Below, in pieces: positions 38,088 through 50,939 of a stretch of DNA of 64,000 bases. The stretch is taken from positions 35,156,202-35,220,201 of the forward strand of contig NC_057741.1 of the NCBI RefSeq assembly GCF_004010195.1. Direction: 5' to 3'. The notes under the pieces were generated by a model. It saw only the letters and a program-made list of their open reading frames with translations, made no database searches and was not told the DNA's origin. Origin of the DNA: Chiloscyllium plagiosum. Its lineage: Eukaryota. Every line of letters begins with the position of its first letter. Within the stretch, counting starts at the first letter, position 1. Made by a program: the position numbers and the translations under genes.

Positions 38088-38365
38088 TAGATTAGATTAC
38101 CTACAGTATGGAAACAGGCCCTTCAGCCCAACAAATCCACACCGACCCTCCGAAGAGTAACCTGCCCATACTCATTCTCCCACCCTATATTTGCCCCTGA
38201 CTAATGCACCATGGCCAATTCACCTGGCATATACATCTTTGGATTGTGGGAGGAAACCCAAGCAAACACGGGGAGAATGTACAGACTCCACACAGTCATT
38301 CGCCAAGAGCAGGAATTGAACCAGAGTCCATGGCACTGTGAGGCAGCAGTGCTAACCACTGTGCC
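38088..38365 (-). mobile_element. HE1-type SINE
   Basis: Same family, more diverged. Confidence 0.8.
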
Positions 38366-39796
38366 CTTAAATTGAGGTAATCTGAGAAATTTCCTGTCTT
38401 GAACAAAAGCAGGTTACAATGAAAGGAAAATAGCTTTTTGTTTGTCGTTAATGCCCTATGTACAAATCTGTACAGCTATCTGTATTCACTGATACTGAGG
38501 CTGCCAATTATCCAAATTCTCAAATGTCCAAAGCAGCTGCTCAGTCAATCTTCTCTTAGTTTTGCAAATATCTACCACCAAGATCGTGGGTCTTCTTATT
38601 TGAACAATCACTACTGCTAAAAATGATGTTGTTTTGACTCCAGTAAGGCATTTTACTTGGTGCAGCAAAGCATATGTTCCGAACCAACGGACTATTATAA
38701 TGCCTATTATACACAAACACTGCATTCACAGACAAAACCAGACACAACCTAATTTTGAGTTACTAAGTTACCCAGTGTAATACTGAGAAGAATGCTGCTA
38801 GATGCAAGTTAACCTGAGTTAAGATGGAGTCTGAGATTCCACCAGGTCTCATGCCAAGATAGAGTGAAATTGTTTTTAGAATGTTTCATTCAGGGATATT
38901 CACACACTGTCTTAAAGGTTTATTGGCATACTGACCATGAGAAATAACATAATATTTAGTCACAGGTTTGTTACTTTTTATTAACTATATTCAGATTATA
39001 TTGAATTGATGGTAATGTGAGTAGCTGAAGACATGACTGGCTCCAACTACATTTGGTGCAGATGCACCTCCTATGGCATTCGGAAAGCGTCCCCAGATAC
39101 TGGCCCAGTGACACTAAAGGAATGGCGATATATTTCTGAGTCAAGATGGTTAGTAGCTTAGAGGGGAACTTACAGATGGCAGTGTGGTTCAGATATAATT
39201 GGTTTGTCTCCGCCTCTGAAGTATAGTTAGAGACCAGACAATGGGACAGCAAGCCAGAAAGCACTATGGGTGAGATGGATTAGAACGGAGTAGGAATTCA
39301 GCCCCTCAGTGAAAGGATGTCCCACCCCCTGGAGTTCAACAGACTCAACAGCACCACAGCCTAGTTGTGGGTGCTGCTGGGATGCAGGCAGGCCAATGAA
39401 GCAGGGCTGAGGGAACCTCATAGACCCAGATAACGCAGGGACATAGAACAGGGAGGGAGGGTTTGCCATTATATCAGAGTAGGGTGTTAGATGGCCTCTA
39501 AATTCTTTGCAGGTTAAAGAAGAGTGTCCTAACTGTTCAAGGTGAGCCCCAAATGAGCAAAGAGCACCTTCCAAAATTAGTACCTTCCGGCCATTCAAGA
39601 AACATTCCACCCACCAGCACATGTCAACTGTATTGTGGCAGAGGTCAAGTGATATTGGGATAACTAAACATTTAACCAATTCAGTTGACCTTTAGTTACT
39701 TATTTCCATATGATGTGTGGGTTTGGGACTCATGCAACAATGACAGAGTCCCTACCTCCAAGCTAGGAGTCCTGTACTGATGTTTCACCTACTTCA

Positions 39797-40078
39797 GAGG
39801 TGTATGGTGGCTCAGTGGTTAGCACTGCTGCCTCACAGCACCAGGGTCCCAGGTTCGATTCCAGCCGCTGGCGACCGTCTGTGTGGAATTTGCACATTCT
39901 CCCTGTGTCTGTGTGGGTTTCCTCCCTCGGTCCAAAGATGTGCAAGTCATGCTAAATTACCCATAGTGTTAGGTGCATTAGTCAGAGGGAAATGGGTCTG
40001 GGTGGGTTACTGTTTGGAGGGTTGGTGGGGACTGGTTGGGCCGAAGGGCCTATTTCCACACTGTAGGGAATCTGATCT
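39797..40078 (+). mobile_element. HE1-type SINE
   Basis: GGTGGCTCAGTGGTTAGCACTGCTGCC head and family tail. Confidence 0.8.
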
Positions 40079-40559
40079 TCTCTGACCAGGGCGATGAGAA
40101 AATATCTTTAATGTGTGGGTCACTGATATCAGCACTTACCCACACTCTGTATTAAGGGGGTGAGCTCCAGGGTTGGTGGCACCCCTCCTATTTTACTTAC
40201 CTCCCCACCTCCACTCCCCACTGAAAGCACACCCTATGGGGTTATGAAATAACTAGCCCCAAGACTAATTTGATTTTCCAAACAGGCTTCTGCAAGTTCA
40301 ATGTGAGTTAGAGATAAAAAGCAACATCCATTCAGCACATTCTGTTTTTCTCAAGAAGTTAACTGATCCATTTTTCTCATATTCGAAACGATGAAAAGAC
40401 ACATATGGAAGGGTGAGATTTAAACAAACTAAGTGATTTTGTAAATTAAACCCAGCCAACATGGAAACTCGTCTTCCCTAATCTTCCAGTTGTTCCTTCG
40501 TCGTTGATTGAATTTCACAATCCAAAAATATTTCACTGTGTGCTTTTTATATGGATCAG

Positions 40560-42460
40560 AGCATGAAACAGGGGAACTTATATGGAGAATCAAAGAAATC
40601 ACCGACCAACTAGATGTATACTGTACTTTGGTTCTGGCTTCCCAAAGGAGGACACAAATAACATCCTAGAAACATTGGAAAACTCCAGGTCCAATGAGAA
40701 AGAGGAAAACATTCAATGTGTGTTTGGAAATTAAGTTGGTGAAACTGACCTGATTAAAGGCCCATAAATCCCCAGGACCCAATGACCCACGTCCCAGAGT
40801 ACTGGTGGCCCTAGACAATGGTAGATGCGCTGGTGGTCATCTTTCAAGATTGTCTAGAGTCTGAGGCAGCTCCTACGGATTGAAGGATAGCTCATTTAAC
40901 CACACTAATTAAGAAAATGAGGTAGGAAGTAAACAGGGAATTACAGACCCAAGTTGACCTGATGTTGGTATTAGGGGAAATGCTGCAGTCCATTATAAAG
41001 CATTTAATAGGACAGCACTTGACAACAGTGATAGGATTGGACAGAGTCAGCATGGATTTATGAAAGGGAAATTGTGCATGACAAATCTACTGGAATTTTT
41101 TGAGGATGTAACTAGTAAAGTTGCTGAGGGGAAGCCAGTGGATATATTTTAGTTGGACTTTCAAAAGGTTTTCAATGAGGTCCCACAGAAGATATTGACA
41201 TGTAATATTAATGCACATGAGATTGGGCTTGTGCACTGACATGGATGGAGAACTGGTTGGCAGACAGGAAACAATGAATAGGAGTAAAAGGATAATTTTC
41301 CAAGTGGGAGCCTGTGACTAGTGGGGTACCACAGGGTTCAGTGCTTGCACCCCAGCTTTTCCTTATATGCATTAATGATTCAGATAGAGTGAACTAAATG
41401 TAATGAATCCACATTTGCAGATGACACAATGTTAGGTGGGAGGTGAACAGTGGGGGAGATACAGAGACTTTTCATTGTGATTTGGACAGGTTGAATGAGT
41501 GGCAAATGCATGGTAGATGAAGTCTAATGAGGATAAATGTGAGATAATCCACTTCAGTAGCAAAAACAGAAAAACAGACCTTTCTCTGAATGGCAATACA
41601 TTGGGAAAAGAGGGAGGTGCAGGGAGATCTAGGTTCCCTTATACACCAATTGCTGAAAGTAAGCGTGCAGGTGTAGCAGGCGGTGAAGAAAGTAAATGGC
41701 ATGTGGGCCTTCGTAGCGAGAGGATTCGAGTACAGGAGCTGGGATGTCTTGCTGCCGTTGTCCAGGACTTTGTTGAGACCTGGAGTATTTTATGCAGTTT
41801 TGGTCTCCTTATCTGAGGAAGCATGTTCTGGCAATGCAGAGAGTGCAACAAAGGTTTATCAGACTGATTCCTAAGATGGCAGGACTGATGTATGAGGAAA
41901 GTTTGGATTGGTTCAGACTATATTCAGGTAGGCAGAAGTGAGGACTGCAGATACTGGAAACCAGAGTTTAGATGCACCACCACTCTGATCTAAACTCTAG
42001 GACTATATTCACTGAAGTTTAGAAGAATGCTCATCGAAACCTGAAAAATTCTAACAGGACTAAACAGGGTAAACACAAGAAGGATGTTCCTGATAACTGA
42101 GGAATCCAGAACCATGGGTTGCAGTTTAAGGAAATGGGATAGGCCATTTAAGACTAAGATGGTTGGAAATTTCTTCACCCAGACAGGGTGAGCCTGTGGA
42201 ATTGTCTGTCAGAAAATGTTTTAAGTCAAACCTTTGAATGTTTCAGCAAGAACTTGACAATGGTGATAGGATTGGATAGTTACATACAGTTGACAACGGT
42301 GATAAGGAGTTAGATACAATTCTTACAGCTAAAGGGTTCAAAGGGTATAGGGAGAAAGTGGGAACAGGGCACTCAGTTGGATGATCAGCCATGATCATGT
42401 TGAATGGTGGAGCTGGCTCAAAGGGCTGAATGGCCTCCTCTTGCTCCTATATTCTATGTT
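40560..42460 (+). mobile_element. CR1-like LINE, decayed
   Basis: [26 protein letters not shown] and FADD remnants. Confidence 0.85.
41927..42000. mobile_element. Very short PLE-terminus insertion inside a CR1 LINE
   Basis: TSD GACTATATTCA (41916-41926 / 42001-42011); family terminus plus short inverted piece. Confidence 0.7.
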
Positions 42461-42809
42461 TAAATGTTTTAAAATAGACCACTTCGTCCAACTGACCCAT
42501 ACCATCATTTATTGTTCACATCAGCCTCTGTGATCCTCTCAATCTATCCTCCTTTTTCTTTTCCTCCCCATTCAATTACTTACTCCCTTAAAACATCTTG
42601 TTTGAAGCCTTCTGTGGATTTAATGATGATCTTTTAATTCAGAAGTCAAATCTCTAGTCTAATTTGATAGACTACTCAGAACATCCAGCACACAAAGAGA
42701 CATTCAGCCCATCTAGCCTCTGCTGGTATTTATCCTTCATATATTCCATTGCATTTACCATGCCTTTCCAATCTATTCTTTTTAATCACAGGATGTAGGC
42801 ATCACTGGC

Positions 42810-42907
42810 ATGTGGGCATTCCTGAAGAAGGGCTCATGCCCGAAACGTCGATTCTCCTGCTCCTTGGATGCTGCCTGACCTGCTGCGCTTTTCCAGCAAC
42901 ACATTTT
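42810..42907 (+). mobile_element. PLE-terminus element with hammerhead core 42822-42849
   Basis: TSD CATCACTGGC (42800-42809 / 42908-42917); CTGAAGAAGGGCTCATGCCCGAAACGTC. Confidence 0.78.
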
Positions 42908-43545
42908 CATCACTGGCTTGGCCAACACTTATTGCTCATGGGTTACATGGATTAATAGTCTAGTGATAATACCACTAGGCCATCACTTACCCGGATCTAG
43001 TTTTCATTTGAAAGCATATAAGGTATTAATCTTATAAATTTTCCATTGAAGCGCATTTGATTTGACTTGATTATTGTCACATGTACCCAAGTGCAGAGAA
43101 CAGTTTTGTTTTGCGTGCAATTCAGCAGAATGGGATTATTCTAACCAATTACAGTGTAATTTCTCTTCATTCCCACTTGTCTATTAGTAACTACCTTACA
43201 TGTAGGGCCCCTAAATGTTTTGGTTTTTCCACATGTGGAAACACTCTCCATGTCTACTCTATCCAATGCATTCATAGTTTTACCTGTGTCAATTCCATGT
43301 CTTCTCAAATGAAAAGTATTGGAATGTACCTTTAGTGATGGAAATTCTTGCTGAAACCCATAGGTAAACCAACAGAGCACAAGAGCGCATATCGTGTGAG
43401 GAAAGATGTTAATGTTGGGCCATTTCAGTTTCCCAGCATTAATTTCCCTTTAATTGTTTAGCTGGCGCAGAGTTCAAAACTTATTTGCTGTTTGGCCTTG
43501 CCAACTGATTAATTCAAAGCACATTCCTACCATCAAACAACTATT

Positions 43546-43750
43546 TAGATTAGATTAGATTACAGTGTGGAAACAGGCCCTTCGGCCCAACAAGTCCACA
43601 CCGACCCGCCGAAGCGAAACCCACCCATACCCCTACATTTACCCCTTACCTAACACTACGGGCAATTTAGTATGGCCAATTCACCTAACCTGCACATCTT
43701 TGGACTGTGGGAGGAAACCGGAGCACCCGGAGGAAATCCACGCAGACACT
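43546..43750 (-). mobile_element. 5'-truncated HE1-type SINE
   Basis: Matches the 3' two-thirds of the 45468 copy. Confidence 0.85.
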
Positions 43751-43903
43751 CCATGCAGGGCAGATCAGAATTGCACAGCATGATCCAAATTTAATTTCCA
43801 TTTATGGGATGAGACAAGACAGTGAGAGAAACCAGAAAAGGAAATTAAAAATGACTTATTGTTCCAAAGTTTGCAAATGTTCTTTGCAAACAGTGCTACT
43901 TAC

Positions 43904-44036
43904 ATTGTTTTACATCGGGCCAATCCATTATGTCCACAGTGTTGTCTTCGTAGTTTATTCCACTGTATGCAAAAATATAACGAGCAGTCTCAGCTCTCCC
44001 TCGTATTTTAAAGTAGGTCAACTTGTAGTTTGGCAT
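43904..44036 (-). CDS. HPGDS: HPGDS (hematopoietic prostaglandin D synthase, sigma-class GST) first coding exon (MPNYKLTYFKIRGRAETARYIFAYSGINYEDNTVDIMDWPDVKQ)
   Basis: ATG at 44036, acceptor 8 nt upstream (exon starts 44044), GTAAGT donor; Tyr8, Arg14 and Trp39 at the human HPGDS positions. Confidence 0.95.
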
Positions 44037-44449
44037 GTTTCAACCTGTCAGGATCAAGCACAACACAAGTTTCTCTGTAAACATGTTGTAATCTTGCGCA
44101 TGAACACTGGATTAAAAAGCATTGCAGAAACAGATTGAGGTGCATTCTCAGGATCCTATAATTGGTTGAGTCAAATTTTTGTCAAGACGTTTGATTACAG
44201 CCCAGAAGCAGAAAAATATAACTTTTTTGCTGGCAGAGAGGATTGCTGGACTTTAATTAATTGCAAGCCAAAGATCAAATTCTTACTTTCCAATACCTCT
44301 ATGCTCTCTCCTTCTCTCAGCGACCTCCTCAGCAATCTTCTGAAATTTGGCTCCTTCAGTATTCCCAGTTTTCCTCACTTCCCACTTCATGCTTTCAGTT
44401 TGACTAATTTCTGCAGTTCTGCCCCTAAACCTCTCCTTCTGCTTCTTTG

Positions 44450-44860
44450 TCATAGAGTCAGAGAGATGTACAGTGCGCAAACAGACCCTTCGGTCCAACC
44501 CATCCATGCCAACCAGATATCCCAACCCAATCTAGTCCCACCTGCCAGCACCTGGCAACTGTACTAGCCCCCAGTACTTCCTCTGGCAGCTCATTCCATA
44601 CAGTACCACCCTCTGCGTGTAAAGGTTGCCCCTTAGGTCTCATTTATATTTTTCCCCTCTCACCCTAAACCTATGCCCTCAACCAGGGAAAAGACTTTGT
44701 CTATTTATCCTATTCATGCCCCTCATAATTTTATAAACCACTATAAGGTCACCCCTCTGCCTCCGACGCTCCAGGGAAAACAGGCCTAGCCTATTCAACC
44801 TCTCCCTATAGCTTAAATCCTCCAACCCTGGCAACATCCTTGGAAATTCTTTTGAGACTG
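44450..44860 (-). mobile_element. CR1/HER1-like LINE 3' fragment
   Basis: 'LSYRERLNRLGLFSLERRR'. Confidence 0.85.
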
Positions 44861-45467
44861 TTCTCAAAATCTACAGATTTTCTGGTCATACATCCTAGTA
44901 TGGCCTCACGTAGCTCAATGCCAAATATCTGACTGATATTGATGTCTATAAAGCACTTAGAGGAGTTTTATTACATTAAATGTGATACAGTACATAATTG
45001 GTTAATTGTGACAGATGATTGTATCACTGATGCAGGCAGGGACATGATAGGAATCTTGCCAAACTGCAATATTAGGCCGGTTCATTGTTATCCATTTTTC
45101 TCTTTCTGGATCAGTACCTTTCAATCTTCAGAGACACAGGATGTGCAAAATGAGTGCTTCCTCCATGCTCTTCTATCCAAGAATTTTCTGGAAAATATAT
45201 TTCCTTTAAAGTTTTGACTGAGGTACACGTTTGAATTGTATGAAACTAATGCTGTCCTAATAAAAGTTTGCTGAGGACAATCACAACTTCCCTGACCGCA
45301 GGAGCTAAAAGGATTACATTATGAGCACAGTTTGCCCCTTTGATCCCTGGAGTACTCTTGTTACTGTATTAGACGTGAAGAATTTCAAATATACTGGGAA
45401 AATATTCATTCACCCTGATTTTTGGACATGGGGCCATTGCTGCACCCATTCAGATCGAGTTTTTCCA

Positions 45468-45777
45468 GATTAGATTACACTACAATGTGGAAACAGGCCC
45501 TTCAGCCCAACAAGTCCACACCGACCCGCCGAAGCGCAACCCACCCATACCCCTACATTTACCCCTTACCTAACACTACGGGCAATTTAGCATGGCCAAT
45601 TCACCTGACCTGCACATCTTTGGACTGTGGGAGGAAACCAGAGCACCCGGAGGAAACCCACGCAGACACGGGGAGAACGTGCAAACTCCACACAGTCAGT
45701 CGCCTGAGGCGGGAATTGAACCCGGGTCTCTGGCGCTGCGAGGCAGCAGTGCTAACCACTGTGCCACCGTGCCGCCC
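45468..45777 (-). mobile_element. Full-length HE1-type tRNA-derived SINE
   Basis: Head GGGCGGCACGGTGGCACAGTGGTTAGC...GGTTCAATTCC (A/B boxes), CR1-like tail, (TAATC)n end. Confidence 0.88.
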
Positions 45778-46203
45778 GAGTTGGCTAGGACATGGTGTTT
45801 GTCATCCAGTCGGACTTGAATAATTTCAGTACAACTTTCTGCAGTTTCATTGCTGACTTTCTCTTCTCAGTGCAACTAGCAAGTTCCTTACCAAGCATCT
45901 AGTACAGACAATCTGCTTCATTTTTATTACGTAAAAACAGGAAGTTAGATGAAAATTGCTGTGACAAAACTTCTTCCAAATTGAATGCTGGAGCATAATT
46001 TGCAATCCTAACAGACAAAGGCTACAGAAGCATTGTCCCTGGTGCTTCTATGCCTGTTTCATCCATGTATGGGCAGTTGATCTATCTCCTGTCATCCCTG
46101 TGACCTGCATTCTATGGTCAATGTGTCTCCAAAATCCATCCACCCTGCAATATTTAAGCAGCATCTGGATGAGCACTTAAAATGCCAGGGCATAGTAAGC
46201 TAT

Positions 46204-46337
46204 AGGAGAAAGTGAGGACTGCAAATGCTGGAGAGTCAGAGTTTAAAAGTGTGGTGCTGGAAAAGCACAGCAGGTCAGGCAGCACCTGAGGAGCAGCAGG
46301 GTTGATGTTTTGGGCATAAACCCTTCATCATTCCTGA
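46204..46337 (-). mobile_element. PLE-terminus fragment
   Basis: Family terminus with degenerate hammerhead on the minus strand. Confidence 0.65.
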
Positions 46338-46339
46338 CG

Positions 46340-47310
46340 TGTAAAAAAGTTGCCCATCAGGTTCCCTTTTATTCCTTCCCCTCTAACCTTTAACTGATGT
46401 CCTCTAGTTCTCCATTCCCAACCCTGGGAAAAAGACTGAGTGCATTCACCCTATGCACGCCTCTCAAGATCTTATACACTTAGAGTCATAGAGATGTACT
46501 TCTGGAAGATTCCTTCTCAGTCTCCTACACTATAAAGAAAACAGTCCTAGCTTGTCCAGCCTCTCCCTATAACTTAGTCCCTTGATTCCTGGCAATATCC
46601 TTGTAAAGTTCTTCTGCATGTTTTCCAGTTTAGTAACATCCTTCCTATACCAAGGTGACCAAAGCTGAATAAAATACTCCAAGTACGCCCCCACGAATGT
46701 CCTGTACAACTGCTACATAACTTCCCAACCTCTATACTCGATGTCCTGACTGACGAAGGTCAGTGTGCCAAAAGCTTTCTTCAATTCCCGCCTCAGGCGA
46801 CTGACTGTGTGGAGTTTGCACGTTCTCCCCGTGTCTACCTGTGACTATACTTTCAGAGAACTGTGCACCTGAACTCAAAGATTCCTCTGTTCTATTACAC
46901 TCCTTAAGACACTACCATTCATCAAGAAATTCCTACCTTGATTTGACTTTCCAAAATGCAAGACCTCACACTTATCTATATTAAATTCTATTTGCCATTT
47001 CTTGGCCCACTTCCCCAGCTGGTCAAGGTCCTGCTGCAATTTCTGATAACCTTCTTTACTTTCCACGATACTGCCTATCTTAGTATCATCTGCAAACTTA
47101 CTAATCGTACCTTGTACATTCCCATCCAAATTATTAGCACTGACCCCGTGACACTCCACTAGTTACAGGCCTCCAGTCGCACAAGCATCCTTCCACTATT
47201 ATCCTCTGCTTCCTACCATCAAGCCAATTGTGTATCCAATTTGCCAGTTCCCCTCAGATTCCATGTGATCTAACCTTCTCGAGGAGCCTACCATGTGGAA
47301 CCTTATCAGA
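46340..47310 (-). mobile_element. CR1-like LINE fragment with small SINE/LINE-tail inserts
   Basis: 'SKFADDTKIG...LQQDLDQL'. Confidence 0.85.
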
Positions 47311-47722
47311 TGAATCCTTGTTTGGAAAGGGGATTAAGGGTTACGGGGAGAAGGCAAGAGAATTGGGTTTGAGAAACATATCAGCCATGATCAATGGGCT
47401 GAATGGCCTAATTCAGTTCTTTCATCTTATAGTCTTATATTGGATGACTAGCATGTATACGATAGGCCAAAGGATCCTTTTGTAACATGCTGTTTTTTAA
47501 AAAATGTATTAATATTATCTCAAAACTGTCTCCTCTGAAAGGGATACAAACAGTATTAACTGGAAATTTGAGCTAAGCCATTCAGGGACCATTTAATCAA
47601 AAAGGACTGTTAACCTGATCTCTGTCCACCACCTGAAAGGTTGGGGGGAGGGGGCTCAATTAAAATTTTCTAAATGGACACTTTGTGTAAAGAATTATGG
47701 AATAAAGGTGGGGTTCGTACAT

Positions 47723-47857
47723 AGACCAGCTATGATTCTCCCCTCACATAGTCTGGGCAGTGGGCAGAGACCAGCTATGATTCTCCCCTCACACAGTCTG
47801 GGCAGTGGGCAGAGACCAGCTATAATTCTCCCCTCACACAGTCTGGGCAGTGGGCAG
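47723..47857. repeat. Minisatellite, 3 x 45 bp
   Basis: AGACCAGCTATGATTCTCCCCTCACACAGTCTGGGCAGTGGGCAG starting at 47723, 47768 and 47813. Confidence 0.92.
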
Positions 47858-48010
47858 ATGCTGAAGAGCCTCCTTTTGCTCCTCGGTTCCAGAGCCAAAG
47901 TGGTTCCAGTCAAAAACAGCAAAAGCCACAGAGATTAATGCCACCCCGCCCCCCGCTTGGTAAAGAGTCAGAGATAACAGCACGGAAACAGACCAGCCAA
48001 GAGTTAATGG

Positions 48011-48191
48011 GAGTTAAAAATCACACACCAGGTAATAGTTCAACAGGTTTATTAGGAAGTACTAGCTTTCTTGCGCTGTTCTTTCTTCAGGTAACTAGTT
48101 CTTCACCTGGTTTGGATTGTAACCTGGTGTTTGTGTGATTTTTAACTTTGCCCCCCCCCCCCCCCCAGTCCAACACCGGCATCTCCACATC
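48011..48191. mobile_element. Third short fold-back element family with decayed hammerhead (probably PLE-derived)
   Basis: Inverted arms GTTAAAAATCACACACCAGG / CCTGGTGTTTGTGTGATTTTTAAC; minus strand CTGAAGA...GAAAGCTA; related pieces near 18068-18097 and 19340-19392. Confidence 0.55.
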
Positions 48192-48551
48192 AAAAGTTAA
48201 TGATAGAGTTTTCAGCTCCACAGAACAGAAGCAACGAGTAGTTGCATGGGTGGTATTTTTTAATACTGATTCCTCCAGCAAAGGACATATCCTCTTGCGG
48301 GGGGGATGGGTCGGAGGTGGGGGGGGGGGGGAGTGAAGATTACGTTCAGAGAACTGCTTTCTGGACATTAACAGGGAAAACAAGAATTGCGACTGTTGTG
48401 TCACCTTGAGAACACGGACCAGAGCTGCTCTGCAGTTGGAACATCTGGCTTCTGTTCAGAAAACTCAACCGTTACAAATTTCGCCCCCTCCCCACAACCT
48501 CACATGAACACAATTCCCCAACGGGATAATGCTGTAAAGTGGCTGACCTAC

Positions 48552-48850
48552 CTGGATTTTCAATGCACCTGAAATGTCTCCTTTAACCGAAATGGTCCTG
48601 CAGTTAGGAGTCAGGATGAGATTTTCCTGGCGGGGAATGCGGTTGAATGATGTGGAATACAGATCAGCTCCCACCACCCTTTAAATCCTCTTTGCACCAT
48701 CCGCCCAGCGCGGTTGTTCCCAAAGTTGGAGGGGCGGAGCACGGAGCAAATTCGTGGAAACGGAACACACCAGCAGAGCAATTTCAACGGAGCTTTAAAG
48801 TGACGCAATGGTAATACCCCCACCCCTGGACCGGGAGCGCTGGGTCCAAG
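48552..48850 (-). promoter_or_regulatory. Candidate HPGDS promoter and non-coding first exon
   Basis: Locally CpG-rich non-repeat segment; minus-strand ATTTAAA at 48680-48686, donor CAG|GTAGGT at 48552/48551, TGACGCAAT at 48801; the ATG exon has an acceptor and so needs an upstream exon. Confidence 0.4.
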
Positions 48851-49059
48851 CTCTAGCAGCAAGTGTGTCATCATCGCTGAACAAGTTGATTCGGAAACAC
48901 AGGTTACTAAAACTTTAAAGTGATGATGTTTCAAATAATGAGAGTGAGGAAAGATGTTCAGTTTAAAACTCAGCTTGTGATGCACCTGAAACCATTCGAG
49001 TTACAGAAGGTCGTTCGGCCCATCGTGTTTGGCCTGGTACTTTGAATGGCCATTCAACT

Positions 49060-49545
49060 TAGAGTCATTGAGATGTACAGCCCAGAAACAGACCCTACTG
49101 TCAACTCGTCTATACCGACCAGATACCCTAACCTATTCTCGTCCATTTGCGAGCACTTGGCCCATATCCCTCTAAACCATTCCTATTCACATACCTTCCA
49201 TATGCCTTTTAAATGTTGTAATTGTACCAGCCTCCACCACTTCCTCTGGCAGCTCATTCCATACACACTCCACCCTCTGTGTGAAAACGTTGCCCCTTAG
49301 GTCCCTTTTATATGTTTCCCCTCTCACCCTAAACCTATGCCCTCTAGTTCTGGACTCCCCGACTCCAGGGAAAAGTCCTTGTCTATCTGCCCTATCCATG
49401 CCCCTTTTGATTTTATAAACCTCTATAAGGTCACCCCTCAGCCTCCAATGCTCCAGGGAAAACAGCCCCAGCCTATTCAGCCTCTCCCTGTAGCTCAAAT
49501 CTTCCAACCCTAGCAACATGCTTGTAAATCTTTTCTGAACCCTTA
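49060..49545 (-). mobile_element. CR1/HER1-like LINE 3' fragment
   Basis: 110-aa ORF2 C-terminal remnant. Confidence 0.87.
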
Positions 49546-50939
49546 ATTGTATACTCTCTGTATGAATAAAAGTCCCTGGTATTTAAAGTTGATTCCTAAT
49601 CTACAACATTCCCAGGTGCCAAAGTATCCGAATACTACCGGACACCATATCCATTTATTCTGGATTTATTTGATTGAGTACAGTTTCATATGTTTATCAG
49701 TGCACAGGCTAAGGTGACAAATGTTCATTTAGTATCTTAAAAAGTGGCATTTGGAGTTACACAAGTATGCATTAAAACTGTGAGATTTGAAGGCATTGCC
49801 TAATTAATTCCTTTGCACAGCCTGGTCCTAAAGCAGGGATTTTCTCCCAGTTGCCATGGGAATCAGTCCCAGCAGCTCAATTATTTTCAGTCTACATTTC
49901 TGACTTAACAAAGAGGCCAACTTTAGTGCAGCCAAATATCTGACAATAAGGAGGTTGGTAAGAAACCAAGTTGGGGAACGACACTGAGAGTAGAATTTAA
50001 ATAAAGCAAAGAATCGCGAATGTTGGCAATCTGAAACAAAGACTGAAATTACAGGCGAAACTCCAGCTTGCCTGGCAGCATCTGTGAAGAGAACCAGAAT
50101 TAATGTTTCGTGTGCAGTGACCCTTCATCAGAACAGATAGCAGCAAGGAAAAGATGGTATTAATGCTGAAGATGAGGTCAGGGATGTGGTGTGGGGAGGG
50201 GATTGTGGGGGCTGGGCAGGGAGAGAGATAAGCGGGTAATTGGAGATGAAGCTCAGGGAAGGAGAGAGAGACGTGGAAGGGTTGGCAGACAAGTTTCACA
50301 ACTCCATTCTCCCGCTTCCTCCCTGTAACCCTTGATCCCCTTGATACTCAAGAACCAGCTGTGTCTGGAGATTACTTAGAATCATAGAATCCCTAAAGTG
50401 TGGAAGCAGGCTGTTTGGCCTGTTGAGTCCACATCAACCCTCTGAAGAGCATCCCACCCAGAATTAACATAGGTTAAACATGAGGGTTATACTGTGGTCG
50501 GACACTCCCATGGTGTACAAGGAATAGCAACTACAATCAAGGCAGATATCACAGATTTCTCAGTAACCTCCCCCCAAATGTTAATGTCATGGTGGGTTAT
50601 GCAAACTCACTAAACTTCTCTCGAGATTACAGGTTTTTACTAAAGCAGAAGTTCTCATTCAAGAGAGATTATGTCATCCGTTCTCTCAATGTCTGGCCCT
50701 GTTTTATTTATTCATTCACAGGATATGGCCAGGCCAGCATTTATTACCCATCCCTATTGCCCTTAGGGAAGTTTAGAGTCAACTATAGGTCTGGAGTCAC
50801 ACATAAGCCAGACTGGGTAAGGAAGACAGTTTCCTTCCCTACAGGACATTATTGAATCAAATAGGCTTTTCCAACAACTTACAATTGTCATCATTAGACT
50901 CATAGTTCCAGACTTTTCTAATAAAATAGTTTCTAGTTC

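Noticed and set aside
43707-44138. 143-aa plus-strand ORF
   Set aside because: Starts in a SINE and is the antisense shadow of the first HPGDS coding exon.
45700-45777. tRNA-like sequence with A and B boxes
   Set aside because: It is the head of an HE1-type SINE, continuous with the SINE body and repeated many times in the window.
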